NCBI RefSeq assembly: GCF_009834535.1
Contig: NC_045696.1
Coordinates: forward strand, 70,372,001 to 70,436,000
Direction: 5' to 3'
Length of the DNA: 64,000 bases
Origin: Camelus ferus
Lineage: Eukaryota
Shown here one piece after another: positions 23,484 to 36,972 of the stretch (positions are counted from its first letter, which is position 1; every line of letters starts with the position of its first letter). The notes under the pieces are model-generated. The model saw only the letters and a program-made list of their open reading frames with translations, was not told the origin of the DNA and did not search any database. The translations under genes and the position numbers were made by a program.

Positions 23484-26400
23484 GGGTCCAGGTGGGCAGC
23501 CAGGTCCTCTGATCCATGCTGAGCTTTTGTACTTTTGTCTGGTGGATCCTTTTCCCAGTGCAGTTGGTGTTTTCTGCCTGTCTCATAGCAGTTCAGTGGT
23601 CTGCTGATTTAGCTTCACTTTTAAATTAGTCTTATTATAACTAAGACCTTTTTTCTTATAAATGGTTTTCTTTGTATCTTGACTTACTTTGTATGTAGCA
23701 TCTGGTGTCATGAATTGTGACCCAGCCTTAATCTCACTGGGAACTTTGAAAGCAGCAAAGCAATGATCAGAGTCTCGTGGGTCAAGTTGAGCAGCTGCCC
23801 AGAGTGAAGGACATGCCGTGTTCTAGATAGCCAGGTCTTGGCAGAACAACTTTGGCATTCCTTTTGGCAAACTGACAGGCATTCCTGCCCTGCTAGTCCT
23901 GTATGGGGATCAGCTCATATGACCCCTCAAGGTGTGCACCTGGAGATGCCATTCTGTCCCTTTCCCTGTCTCCCCACCACCGGCCCCGAGGCTGGGCCAC
24001 ATTGCCCAGGCTTCTTTCTAGGAAGCTGCTGAGGCCAGCTCAGCCCCTCATTTCTGCCAGTGTCTGCACAGCCCTCCATGATCTGGGGCTGAGCTAGACC
24101 TCACTTCAGAAGAGATGACGTCTTCAATTTCACACTCAATCCAGCTTTAGCTGAATGCCTACACTCCTCAGGGTACTGTGGGGATACAGACTGAGTAAGA
24201 CCTGGCTCCCAGCATGAAGGGGCCACAGTCCAATAGGAGAGGTAACACATGCTCTGGGAACCCAGAGGAGGAGCGGGATGTACTCAGCTTGGGCTAGCTG
24301 AGGGAGGTGGTGTAGCATTTGAGCTGGCCTTTCAGGTGGCTTCCTCATTTCCCTGCTTTTTAAAATTGTTCTTCAAGTCTGGAGAAAACTTTTAGGAAGT
24401 TATATAGGTTTTATATTTAGGAGGCAGCCACATCCAATGTCTTACGAAAAAAAAATCGGTTAATAGTTTTAGTTAGCATGGAAATGCTAAAGACAAGTCC
24501 TTTAGGGATTAGGAATGAATCTAATAGGTTTGATTAATTCTGCTTCATTTGGTTGTATGAAGCATTAGAATGGCTTAGGTGAGAAATGGATTAGAATTCA
24601 GTATGATGCATGGATTTTTATGCAGATGCAGAAGCAGTTGAAATAGTTTGCTGCTAAGTCAGGAGAAAATATTTTGTGTAATATTCATTCACTTTACTGC
24701 AGTAATATTCACGGTCTGTTGTATATGTTCTCCTTTCCGACACACATAAAATAGTGAATGATTCTTTCTTATTTAGCTTTCTTCAGAATCCTGCTCCTAA
24801 TCTCTGTTTATAATAGTTGTTCCTGTGAGTCGGTTATCTGCCGTTTCTCCAAGTGGACTGTCCTTGAGGCATAGTTAAGAACCCAGGAAGTTTAAAAGTT
24901 GGCCAGATGAAAGCAGAACTGTCTAAGTCGGAGGTAAGGAGGTAGGTGCCTCTCCGAGTGCGCTCTCCTGGCAGCGCCTTGTGCTCCGTCTGCATCAGAC
25001 ACATGCCTTCTACGGCGTGTTCATTTGTATTTTAAGAAATAAGAAGAGGCCTGTTGTGTCCTTCCCTGAAGCCCCCGTTTGGCATCCTTCACAAGTCAGT
25101 CACTCTGGGCAGAACATGCTTTCCTGGTTGTATGTGTAGTTCAAGTGATTGGCCAGAACATTCTGTTAGGTTTAGGTGCCCCAAACATCCATAGGCTTTA
25201 GAAAGCAGAGTGTGCATATTCCTTTCAAAACAGTGTTAGTTACCACTTTCTTTGCAGATGAGAATGCAGCCAGTGTAAAGTTCCTGCTTCCTGAAGTGTA
25301 AAGCCTCAACACGTCCAACCAGAAGGTGGTGAACGGAGCTCCAGGAACAGCGGGGGCCAGGAGGGGGTGACAGAGGCTTATGTTGGGAGAGGAGTTTAGG
25401 GACAGATGCTGCAGAGCCCTGCCCGAGACTCTTGGCACCCCTGCCGGGATTGAGCGGCCAGCTGCAGGCGGCCTGTGAACCACAGCAATGCCCGAGTCCT
25501 GTCTCCACCCAGCCCGGGTGAGCTCGTGGCATCCCCTGGGTGGGAGCATGGGGGTGCGGGGGTCTTCTTTCTCGACACTGTTCCGTTTAGTTCTCTCCTC
25601 TGCCCATTGATCTAACTGGGGTCACACACCGGGTCTCCACAGCCACGGGAATCCCCGGGCACAGGGCCACGTTTCCTGGGCTGGCGTATGAGGGTCGGGC
25701 CCTTTATCGGTAATGTCTATGACTTTTGCCTAGGTTCCTGTTTTTTAAACTCCTGAACTGCCATTCAGAGTAGCCACGATTTTAATGGAATTTTTGGATT
25801 TAACAATGGTTGATAATCACTTTAAATATTTGCACAATCTCTTTATAATTAAAAACTCACTGAGCTTCACTTACTACTATCTGTTTTATAGAATTGGAGA
25901 TGTTCCATTGGATTCTAAATATCAGATGCTCCTGGATCTCAAAATAGCCTTTTCTAAATAAGCACAAGCAAGAATCTTTTTTGTCCTAGCACTGTCAATA
26001 TTAATAATTCTCTGAAAATCATATATGATTGAACCAGAGTTGTTTCTTTATGCTTGCATCCCAAAAGCAACTGATAAGGATATAAAAATATGTAGTTTCA
26101 ACTCAAATTCTAGACCTGTTCTGTTCTATATTATATGGAAGAATTTCTCTGTAATCCTGATATTATATTGCTCATTTGTATAAGCATATTTATAGGCACT
26201 TTAGAGAATGTTTAGACTGCAGTGTGTATTATAGACACCAAACACGGTCATGTTAAATAGGCTTTTGATTAACACTTACACATTGAGAGATATGAAAGCT
26301 GTATAATTTGGACCTTGTAGCTACACGTTGACTTGGGCAAAGAGTTGGGCTGTGTGGATGGAAAAACTGCTTTCTCAGGCTTTTGTTGAAAACTGGCACC

Positions 26401-27755
26401 ATTCCCACTTTTTGAAAGTTGGTGTAAAAGCTGTTAGGTGGAAGATACAAAATAAGTGCTGTGTGAAATTTAGCTTTCTTATCTAGCGAAGATTTCTTTT
26501 AGAATTTTCAAGTTTCATATATATTCGTGACTTATCTGAGAAATGACAAAGCAATTAAAATGCTTTTGTGGTTGTAACTATTTGGTACATTAACAATTAA
26601 AGCTTTATAATCAAATCCAGGTATTTTCAAGATTTGAAATGCAAATTTGAGGAAAAACCTGGAGAAAAATTCTCTTTCCTGGAAGAGGAAGACATGTAAT
26701 TCAAGATAATACAGGCAAGAGGAAACAAAAAATAAAATCTCCCAAACAGAATAAAACCATGATTTTTTTTTCCTGAAGTACTTTTTGCATTTGATCTAGG
26801 ATTTGATTTTATCTTGGGAGTGGTGGATCATTTCTTAACCTCTCCTTCCTGGCCTAACTGAAACATCATAGTTCTTTTGGGACTGATCTAAACTCCTTTT
26901 ACATAAAATTCTCTACTTGGGGGAATAGGATGCAACCAGATAATTTAGAAAGCTGTCAAAATACCCAGATATGTTTGCTGGTATAAATAACTTCTAGGCA
27001 AGGGAGAAAAAGCACAAGTTAAAATAATATTTAGTCAACTCTTGATTAGTCCATCTTGTTTGTAAAATTTTATTGACATGTTTTGGCTTTTTAAATGAGG
27101 AAAACAAAGTTTTCTTGGGTTTTTCTTTACTACTCCCCTGTCCAGAGGAAGTGTGAGAGTTAAGGAAGCCAGCTGAATTTGGGGGCTTTTTCTGCAGTGT
27201 GTCTGTATCTCTTCCCGGTTAGGAGGGCCGTGGGAGTTCCACTCACTGTATCTGCGCTGTACATCCCGGGATGTCAGTACTTCTCACTTCCAAACCTAAG
27301 TGCTGGGGCGTGTCTCAGAATTAATGTTGGAATTATTTACCTTCAAAAAATTTCATGTCACCGCTTCCTTTCATTATTATTGATAACAGAGTTGACTGTA
27401 TGGGGGAAGGGCCGCGTTTCTATCAGTGCTTTGAGTTCTTTTTCTTGTTAAGAATGAAGCAGTGCTCTCTCAGTGGTCTGAACAAGTTCGAAGGCAAATC
27501 ATCACTAGAGGTTTTAATGTTGAGCTTCCATATCACTGTGCTCATATGTACTTTTAAGGCTGTTCCTACCTTGTAACATTCACTTACTGGTCTATTTTAA
27601 AAACCTATCTGTTTTAAAGTTTTAAGCACAATGTTGATCCTTCTGTAATTTCCTAAAATTGCATTGTTTTCCTACAAACAGTTCAACTTTCTTCTCTGTA
27701 TAATACTTTAGAACACACTGCCTTGTAAAATAAATGTGATTTTTTTTCTTTTGTA
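23484..27755 (+). other. C3orf70: C3orf70 long 3'UTR (3' end approximate)
   Basis: AT-rich, with little recognisable repeat sequence, downstream of the stop. It ends at AATAAA 27729-27734 followed by a U/GU-rich tract. Confidence 0.6.
27729..27734 (+). terminator. Candidate main poly(A) signal of C3orf70
   Basis: AATAAA followed by tgtgatttttttttcttttgt (downstream U-rich element). Confidence 0.6.
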
Positions 27756-30700
27756 CCAGGACAAGTCTGATATTTTGGAGTTTGGAGTATCCTCCCTCCC
27801 CACCCCTCTTCGGAGAGGTTCTGTCTGATTTAAATAACAACACTGTGAGCTAAACAAAACAAAAACAAAAACCCCATTTGCAAAATGTGAAACATATCTA
27901 GTGCTACTTTGTGCAAGGAAGTAAGCTGTTCACATCATTATTCCACTTGAACTTTACAAAAACAGTGCAGATTATTATTGGTATCCATAATACACACTCA
28001 TGGCCACCACTCAGGATTAACTCCTAGAGCCCTTTATAGTAAGAACTTTTCTGATAGCTGCATTAGGTTTATGCACATAAGACTTACATTCCCCACAAAC
28101 ACTTTATTTCCACGAAGCTACAAGCTGTGTATTCGGTTCATACCATTTTGTATAAGACAGTTCTCAGGGCAGGTCAGGATCCAGGGGGACCCCTGCCCTG
28201 CAGAGACAGGGGTGCGGCCGCTTGGTCAGCAAGGCTCAGGGGCCAGGCCTCAGCTTGGCGGATCCAGGAGCTTGATTTTTTTTATTGACACCGAGGAAAG
28301 AACAGCTTCTGGGGTTGGCTTTTATTAAATGACCTCACTGCTGAGTGCTGAGTAAATTCACTTATTGTTAATAGATTCACTAATTGTTAATATTAAGAAT
28401 GACCGCTCAGCAGCCACCTTCCCACCTTCTATGAGCAGCCCTGCCTGCAGCCCCATTTCGCAAGTCAGGAAGAGGCCTCACGAGGTAGACATTTTTGAAG
28501 GAAAGCCACTATTTTTGGTTAAAGGGCGTTCTTCTTAACACAGTATTTAGGAAAAAAAAAAAAGAAATATTTTCCCCAAAGTGGCCCAACTTGCAGTTAA
28601 GCGGGAGGTGGGTTTGAACGCAGTCACCTTGGCCGTGGAGCTCACCCTCTTGGCCCTTTGCCTGCGTTGCCTCTTCCTGTAGCCCCTTCTCACTCTCAGG
28701 GTCCCTGGAGGCTGAGCCAGGGGAGAATAGAGGGTGCTTCCTTCCTGTCTGCAACCCAGCTGACACCTTCCTCATCCAGACATCGTCTGGCTTCCTCCCT
28801 CCCTCCCCCAGTTCTGTGCTCCACATGGACCTCCCCCAGCACACACACGTGTACACACAAGTGTGCACACACACCCCCCGTCTTTCTGCAACTATCTCAG
28901 TGCTTTGATTAGGCCATTGCTTTTTCCATGTTTAATCGTGATTCTAGGCTAGCTCTTTCTGCCTTCACAAGAGATAAGTTGTCTTTTAAAGTCACTTCTG
29001 CAGACAGCTAATCTCTTCAACTCTGTATGCATTATACTTACTTAACTCTACAAAATTGTATTGCCAAGTTTTAGAGAGCATCTCATTGTCTCATCTTACA
29101 GATGCTGACTACACACACTTTTATTCTGCAATAAACTTTAATTTAGCATCTCTTCCTCATTACAGTTCAATCACTGGGAGCTGGTAATGCTTTTAACCCT
29201 TGGTGTCCCACCCCAGTACTCTGCTGAATGAAGGGGTAAGACAGGACCTCGGGACTCAGGCTCCCCGAGGTGGGGTTCAAGGAGGGGCAATTAGAAGTCA
29301 GATGGAATTCTTCAGGAACCAGGCAGATGAGGGAATTTGGTGAAAATACAAGTGAAAAACAAGGTAAAGTAAATTTGTCAAATATTAATGGTGTTTTTCT
29401 ATTTGCTTTTTCAAATTTTCCTGGTTTCCTAAAATGAATTGATGTTACTTTTATTATCAGAAACACACCCAGTAAGCTGTTTTGAAGATCGTGAGTCCTA
29501 GGACAGTGAGCACGGTGGAGCCTGACTTCGCAGGTTTGTGGGAGGAAGTGGGGAGCCGGTGAGTCTGGGCAGCAATGCACCCCCACCCCCCACCCCCTCC
29601 TGCGGTGGCAGGGACTGAAGGCTGGACTGAGGACTGTGTGTCCTGGATCCACCCGGCCTCCCCAGGCGGTGACCTCATTCCAGGCCTTCATCCATCGCTG
29701 GAAGGTTCTTGGGCCAGTGGGTTGGAGAAGAGGAGGGGATTTGTTTCTTACTGTCCTCAGTCCCCAGCCCGAAACTGTATGAATTTAGAGATGGGAGATC
29801 AGAAAGCTTGGGCTCTAGTGGGACATCTTCGTCCTCTGTGACACCTATCCTGTCACCTAGTGTAAAATCCCAGTTGGCTTATCCCGAGAAGGAGGTCTGG
29901 AGCGCCACTGCAAGGTAACGACAGGAAACGCCCCATCGTGGGCCCATGAAGCCCCGCAGATGCTGAAGGGGACTTACACGCATTTTCCTGGATGTCAGCT
30001 TGTCTGCCAAACTCAGCAACTCTGTGTGACAGGCGGGACAGGATAATTTTGTGAGTTTTTGGCTGAAGCATCCGGCAGCTAAGTCAACGATAGAGGCAGG
30101 TGAGTCACTCGTACGCGGCAAGTAAGTGACAGGGCCAGAGCTCCAAACTTCTGTTGATTCCAAATCCAGCCGGTGTTACCCCTTGTTGTTGAGGCCCAGC
30201 AGTCACACCTGCCCTGCTTAGGCCTGGTTCCACTGCTCCCCCACACTCACCTCTCCGCCCCGACCTGAGGCCCGGAGGCCCTCCCAGCCCCGCCCACACC
30301 ACCAGCCCTTCTTCTTGGCAGGGATTAGGGGGCATCCAGGAGCCACAGCCCAGCCCTCCAGGCATCGCCTGGTGCTGCCCTTGTTGCCAAGTTGCTCTGA
30401 CTTTCTGCCTCTCCTGGCTGGACCTCGAACTGGCTCTGGCCTGAGACCCAGACGAGACCCAGATGCTACCTCAGGCTCAGGGGTGGCCCAGGATCTAACA
30501 CTTCTCTCGGGAATTGGCCTCCACGGTTAGCGCTTTTGGTATTAGCCGCTTCTGCTTCCTCCCCCTCCCAGCCCGGTTCAGGTACCAACTGCTCCTCGTG
30601 GTAAGCACTGGTCATCACCCCCTTAGGCTTGCCTCCCAGGGCCAGCCTACTCCAGGGCACTGTGTAGACCCTGCCTGATGACCCAGCCCTGAACTAGGGC

Positions 30701-31759
30701 CCCATGTACTAGACAAAGGGCTGGGCTCTGCCCCAATGTTTACAATCTGCCTGTGTGAACTGTGATGCCAAAATTCACCAAGCAGATGTTGGTGCACCCG
30801 TGTACCAGCAGAAGGACCCGGAAGAGCCACCACAGCGTATGCACAAGCTCTAAGCGGCCACGCAGTCGGCTGCGGTTCCGCACTGTCTGGAGGGTGGGCT
30901 TCCCAAGGGTGGGCTTGGATTTACACAGGAATCCACAGAGCCTGTTTTTCCTGGGAATCTAAAATAACAAGGGGTAACTCTAGCATGATTTCGAAGCTGC
31001 ACTGAGTAGTGGAAGACACCAGGGATCTGGGTTTCTAGAGGAACCCAAGGTCCTGGGTCAATGGGCCCAGAGTGGGTGCTTCTGGACAGGTCACTAGGTC
31101 AGCATAAGATCAGGGAGTCCAAGAATTCATTGTGGTCCTTGCAGATTTTGGGGGCTCCAAAAGGGATCAGTTCTTCCCTAGAGGATTTATTCTTACGCCA
31201 ACATATCCAAGAATCACAGAGAGGCAGTGGATTCCTGGAGCTGCAATGTGTTTCCTGAATCAAACAGGAAATCACTTTGGCCCCATGTTATGTCTGATAC
31301 AGCCACTCAGAAAGGCAGTAACAGACTGACGGAAAGGTCAGTGATGGGGAGGACAAAGGGAGGGAGTTGACCAAAAATCACCATCTCAGGTGGAGGTGGG
31401 CTGTGGGAGCTTTGAAGGATGATGGGCCAAATCACTCTTCAGGAGAGAGAGAGGAGAGGCCAGGCAGGGGCAAACCATGAGGTCCTCCAGTTTGCTAGGG
31501 GCTGGGACATGGTCCTTTAAGACTATCAGGACCAAATACTAACCTTTGAGATGTACGTAGTGCGGAGTTCTGAGGGAACAGATGTCAGGTAGGAATGGGG
31601 GCTACTGGCCTCACTCAGTTACTGAGGAGTGAAGCCAAGGCCCATCCACAGCCGGCCCTGGCTGGGGCAGGAGGCTGAAGCCGGGGCCTGTTCACCAAGA
31701 CCAGGCTTGGGAAGGGACTGCAGGGGGTGGCGTGTGCGTATTACCTATCCCACCGCCTT

Positions 31760-32310
31760 CCGAAGCTGTGGATGTTCAGTCACTTACACAGGAGGCATGT
31801 ATTCAAAGAGGTGTTAGCACCTACCCTCCTACCCTGCAAAGTCATTCCTAAGTTTATACCCAACAGAAATGTGTACATATGGCCACCAAAAAACAGGAAG
31901 AAAAATGGTAATGGGCCACCATTAGAAACAAACCAAACGCCCTTTAGCAACAGAATGGATAAGTTATGGTATATTCATACAACGGAAGACTATTCAGCAG
32001 CGAGAATGAGTAACATAGACAAATCTTACAGATGTAACTGGAATGAAAGAAGCTACTTCCAAAAGAATAATGTACCTTTTTAAAAATGAAGTTCAAAGCA
32101 GGTGATGTTAGAAGTCAGGGTGGTGGTTATCTTGCGGGGTGGGAGTGATGAACAGAAAATTCAGGGGACATCTGGGGTGTTGGTCGTTCCTGTTTACTTG
32201 ATCTGGGTGCTGGTTGTACCAGTGTGTTCACTCCATGAAGTAATCTAGCTTTTCACACGTGGTTTGTGAACATTTCTGCCCATAAAAGGTTTACTTTAAA
32301 AAGAGACTTA
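31760..32310 (+). mobile_element. Ancient L1ME/MC 3' fragment
   Basis: agaatggataagttatggtatattcatacaacggaagactattcagcag...ttgatctgggtgctggttgtacc, followed by an A-rich end. Confidence 0.75.
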
Positions 32311-34989
32311 AAAGAAAAGACAGTGGCAGGTACCCAGCTTTCAGCACTGTGCTATGGAGGACAAGGCGTGGCCCAAACACAATCCTTCCTTCAGGAGTGA
32401 TGGAGGCAGACAGGAAAACGCAAGCATGGAAACAAGGTGAGTCCAGCTGCCACCTTCATGGAGAAGTGGGGAAGGCTTGGTAGATTGCTGGGCTGTGGAG
32501 GAGGCTGGTGGCCAGGAGATGGCCACAGAGGCCCCGGAGAGGAGGGTTCGCTAGGATGAGCCCTCGGAGAACCGGGGCCGCCCCCTGGAGCCCAGTGGTG
32601 GTCAGACTGCCCAGGCCTGGAGTCTGCCCTGGGCTACCCGGAGGGCAACACACCAGGCCTTTCCTGCAGCTCTGGGCATGTCACAGGTGTCTGATTCTGG
32701 ACATGCACCTTTGGAAAAACATTTTCAGCAGGCAGAGCTGAGTGGAAACATACTGCTTCTAAAAGGATCCCCAAAGCACTGAATTATTTATTTGCAGCCA
32801 CATTCATCATTGATGAGGCCCCTGTTGGCTTCCCTCTTCCACAAACACCTTCCCTCCCCACTCACCAGGCTCTGGTTGGTAATGTGTTGCCTTTATAAAG
32901 CATCTCTTGCACGTCACCGGGACCTTTGCTTCAGACAGAGCAGATGCGTCTTTATTTTTCAGAAGAGTTGCAGCCTTCCTCTGCTCACACCTGAGCCATG
33001 GGGGGCTGTGCCTAGAACCCGGGGCTCCTGACTGGCAGCCCAGGTTTCTTTCCAAGGTCCATTCTGCCTCTCATGGGGAACTGGGTGAGACCATTTCCCC
33101 ACCCTCGCCCCCCATGGCAGGAGGGCGGGGCAGTAGCTCAAGCTGTGAGTCGAGTGACCATTTTCAGATGGTCCATTCAAATACTTACTGTTTACCATGT
33201 ACAAAGGAGAAACAGGCTGTGATGGACACAGCTGTGTTTTGGCTAGAGTCCCTCGCCTCTCCTCTTAGGACCCTGATTTCCTTTCAGAAGCTCGTCTCTC
33301 CCTCCCCCCAGGGGCCAGCATGGAAGATGGCGGCTCAGACCAGGTACCTGCCCTCCTCACATGGTAGCTGGTGGGTGCCTAGAACCTCGCTCCCCAGATC
33401 CTTCCTTTTACCACCTGTCCTAGTCCAGTGGTGGGCATGTGGCCTGGAAGAGCAGCTGGAGCTCGGTGCTGGGGCTGGTGCGGGTGCTCAGAGCTGCTGC
33501 TCCTGGATACAGGGAGCCCCAGCCCCTCAGTGAGCTCCCATGGTCATGTCAGCAGAACCACTGCTGCTGCTGCCCGAGCCTGGATAGATTTCCAGATAGT
33601 CTCTGCCCCCAAGGAACTGCTTTGAAGTGGGACCCATATTGCTGCTGAATAGAGCATGTAAGTGCCATGAGGGCCAGGGACTGGGCCCAGCATTGCCCAG
33701 CCCTTGTGTCAGTTTCTCATCTACCCTCAGATGAGACGAGAGGGCTCTTCAAATCCAATGCAGAAGGCATGACCTGGATCTAAAGCTGCTGTCACTTAGT
33801 CAGTGGTGCTGTGCCTTGAATGACAAGTTAAAGACTATTGGGGATGATAAACTAGGAAAGGGGCTGGAGGAGAGCGCTTTGGTGGTGTCACGGGTCCTGG
33901 TTTGAACGGGGCTCCGATACTCAGTCAACTGCCTTGGCTCTTTAGAGACTGAAGAAGGGCAGTCTCAAATTTGCTTTGAGAATATCAAGCCCCTTTGGTC
34001 TTAATTTTAGGCTCATCAAGAAACCTTCTGATACAGAATTTTGGGAGGTGGCATCACTGGCTTTGGAATCAGCTCTGAGTTCAGATCTGTGCTCTGCCAC
34101 TTCTCAAGTGTGCGTCTTGGTTCAGTTATTGCCCACGTCTGAGCCTCGGCTTTCTTGTCTGTAGGACAGGGTTGACTCTGTCACGTGGCTGCAGTGGGTA
34201 TCCAGTCGGTGGTCACTTCCCCTAGCGTGGCCTCCTCGCGCTGCCGCCTTGGGAGTAGTTCTGTGTAAGCGTTAAGCTAACGTTTCTGGCGCGTTTGCTG
34301 CGTGCCTGCGCAGAGCTCTGTTTTCACAGGCGCTCTCATTTAGTCATCACCATGGCCTTACTTTATAAAGAAACTGAAGCCAAGAGAGGTTGTGACTTGC
34401 TGAGGATCACAGCTAGGATGTGGCAGAAGCAGGTTCTATTTTCTATTAAAAGTTGTATCTAGTTTCTGCATCTGTCCCCTGGGGATTGTTCTGGAGTATT
34501 GGAAATGATGAACATGGAAAGGACCCAGCATGCTGCCTGGTGCCCAGAAGGTGCTCACTAGTTATTGGGCCGTTAGGAGCACCATGGGCTCCTGGCCGGG
34601 ACACGGGTGGGCCCGCCCTGCATGCTCAGTGGCTTGGGCCTCACAGCCAGTTCCTGGGAGCCCGTCCCGAGTGAAGTGCAAATGGAGCACCTGCGCCCGT
34701 GAGGCGGACGCCTCATCCTGCGTGTGTGGTGCGACCTCCTGCGGTTATTGGTTCCATGACATCCAAGGGCCCTGGGCCAAGAAGCATAAAAATACTGCTC
34801 TAGCAGCCTAGTCGCTATCAGAGGAGCACCCAGACAGATGGGCCTATGATGCAGTTGCTCATTTGAAGACAGGCAGGGCTGCCACAGTCAGGGGCCTTGA
34901 CTGAGCTACTAGAACTGAACTAGGGCAACAAGGGTTCTAAACATCCTTTACGACTTGATAGACGGAGAGTGAGACAGCCAGCAGGCCTG

Positions 34990-35440
34990 CAGGACTCCAA
35001 CAGGAGGCGTTTATTGTTAGAAATGGCAGGCCTTACACTTAAGCAGGTTGTAACATAAACACGTGGACAAGGCGGTACGCCAGCCCCGCAGGCTCCTCGC
35101 TCCCCCCCCAGTGCAGGTTTCCGTTGTGCTGTGCCGAGCTGACCCAGTCCTTGTCCCAGCACAGCAGGAGGTCACGTCCCTCCCTCTCTCTGTGTCGTCC
35201 ACCAGCTGGAAGGGATGGGGTGTGACAGACTTGGAATGGCAGCTGCGGGAGCTGTGCTGCTTCTCTATGCTTCAGGGGAAACAGGAAAAAGGCCCAACAG
35301 GCAAAACGAATTTTCTTAAATGACTGGATGGAGGTATGTGACAGTCATCTGCTTAATGAGCAAAACAGAATCAACTAGTCTGGTGCTGATGCTACAGCAG
35401 CACCAGGAAGAGACGCGAGTCTCCCTCCTCCCCAGAGGCT
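34990..35440 (-). other. VPS8: VPS8 3'UTR (end approximate)
   Basis: Runs from the stop codon to ~20 nt past AATAAA at 35015-35010. Confidence 0.7.
35010..35015 (-). terminator. VPS8 poly(A) signal
   Basis: tttatt on + (AATAAA on -), ~425 nt after the VPS8 stop. Confidence 0.75.
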
Positions 35441-35590
35441 TCAGTCCTCCGTCACGGGCGGGGGAATGAGCTGCAGCTGGAAGTTCTCCTTCTGGAAGAT
35501 GCTGTTGAAGGCAGAGCCACTCTGGGAGCCACCAAATGGCCTGCAGCTGTCACTGCTGCGATTCTGGGAGAGTTCTGTAAGGAGAGCCAG
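35441..35590 (-). CDS. VPS8: VPS8 (CORVET subunit), last coding exon
   Basis: Minus strand: ccctcctttgcAG|CTG GCT CTC..., encoding LALLTELSQNRSSDSCRPFGGSQSGSAFNSIFQKENFQLQLIPPPVTED* (49 aa + TGA at 35443-35441). Matches the recalled VPS8 C-terminus. Confidence 0.95.
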   Translation of the reverse strand: MALLTELSQNRSSDSCRPFGGSQSGSAFNSIFQKENFQLQLIPPPVTED

Positions 35591-36219
35591 CTGCAAAGGA
35601 GGGGACACTGCATCGACCGAGGCTGGTGGGGCAGAGTCTGGGAGGGGGCCCTAAATAGGGTGGCAGAGTTCAAGACGGTTCAGGAAGAGCTCAGGGACAA
35701 ATCTGGCCCAGCTAGAACTTAGGGGTGACTAGGGTGTGGAGGAGAGGGTAGAGTCTGGACTCTTACTTTCAAGTATGGAAAGCCAGGAAAGTGTTTTAAG
35801 CAAGGGGGTAACACGACTTGGATTTAGGGATGGTACCCAAGCAACAGCCTGGAGAAGTGACAGAAGACCTGCAGTGGCCTCTGTGAGTTGGAAAGGGAAA
35901 TGGCCAGGAGATGTAGAGAAGGTGCCTATTGAGTAGGAACCCCCACTGTGTGGAGAGGAGGAGCCCAGGGTACCGGCAGGCTACTGCTCTGGGGGACTGG
36001 ATGACAGGATGCCACCCAGAGGCAGGCACAAGCAAGGAAGAGCCGGTAGGGAAAGGTAATGAGCACGCTTCTGAAGTGCCTTGGAACCCCCAGACTCAGG
36101 TAGTGGCAGGACTGCTGGGAACTCCCCAAATCTGTACTCTCTCTACAGCTACAGGATTCCAGTAAGTTTTAGCCCAGGGCCTTTTGGAATCAAGACCAAC
36201 TGTCCTAATCCCAGCTACA

Positions 36220-36550
36220 GTTATGTGTGCTCATGTGTCTCAGTTCTGGACAAAGGAGGTAAGTGGAAGAGGTGTATACAATTTCTAGGGACTGTCCTTA
36301 AATAGAGGGCTTATAGTTCTCCTTTTTCTGCATCTTGCTAGCAGGAATGCAGATGTGATGGTTGGAGCTGGGGCAACCATGTTGAACCATGTGAGTAAAA
36401 GCCATATGTTAAGGATGGCAGAGCCACAGGTAGAAGAAATCTGGAGAGAGGCTCACGGAAGGTTGCCCTGAGATGCCTGCATTTCCAATTCCATTTTGGT
36501 TAAACCACTTTAATTTAGCATTCATCCTTCATGGCCAGAACAAATGCAGA
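36220..36550. mobile_element. MLT1-type (MaLR) LTR relic
   Basis: ggaatgcagatgtgatggttggagct...aaggatggcagagc motifs typical of MLT1J/K. Confidence 0.6.
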
Positions 36551-36891
36551 TGCCTAGCAGAGTCTGGGGCTGAGGGCAGGTTGGCAGTCATCAGTATAAA
36601 GGGTCCTAGATGAGGGACTGGGCTTATGCTTGCTTGCTCTGGAAGCAGGATAAACACAGATGCCCTTCTGTGTCCTCACAGCCCATGGCAGGTAAGGGAC
36701 AGAGATCTTTCCACTTCCTCTGCATCCTCTACCAAGTTCTGAGTGCTCCCTGGGGTCAGGGCTGCCACAAGCCATAACAGGGAGGCCAGGGCACTTACAG
36801 ACTAAGGAGGAGGCTGGAGTGAGGACTTGAGGACACTGTTACTAAAACAGTAATTATGGATAGGAGATATAAACAACCACACAAACATTAC

Positions 36892-36972
36892 CCTGGAACT
36901 TCCTCGGTAGAGATGGCAAAGCTGATCAAATGCTTGGATTTGCTGTGGATCCAGAACAGGTTCTGAGGCTGC
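36892..36972 (-). CDS. VPS8: VPS8 penultimate coding exon (81 nt, phase 0/0)
   Basis: ttcttgatttctcAG|GCA...AGG|GTaatg, encoding AASEPVLDPQQIQAFDQLCHLYRGSSR. Splices in frame to the last exon. Confidence 0.95.

Noticed and set aside
32907..33533. 208-aa ORF and other overlapping ORFs in the GC-richer intergenic region
   Set aside because: These are expected by chance in GC-rich DNA. There is no recognisable domain, and the starts are non-ATG.
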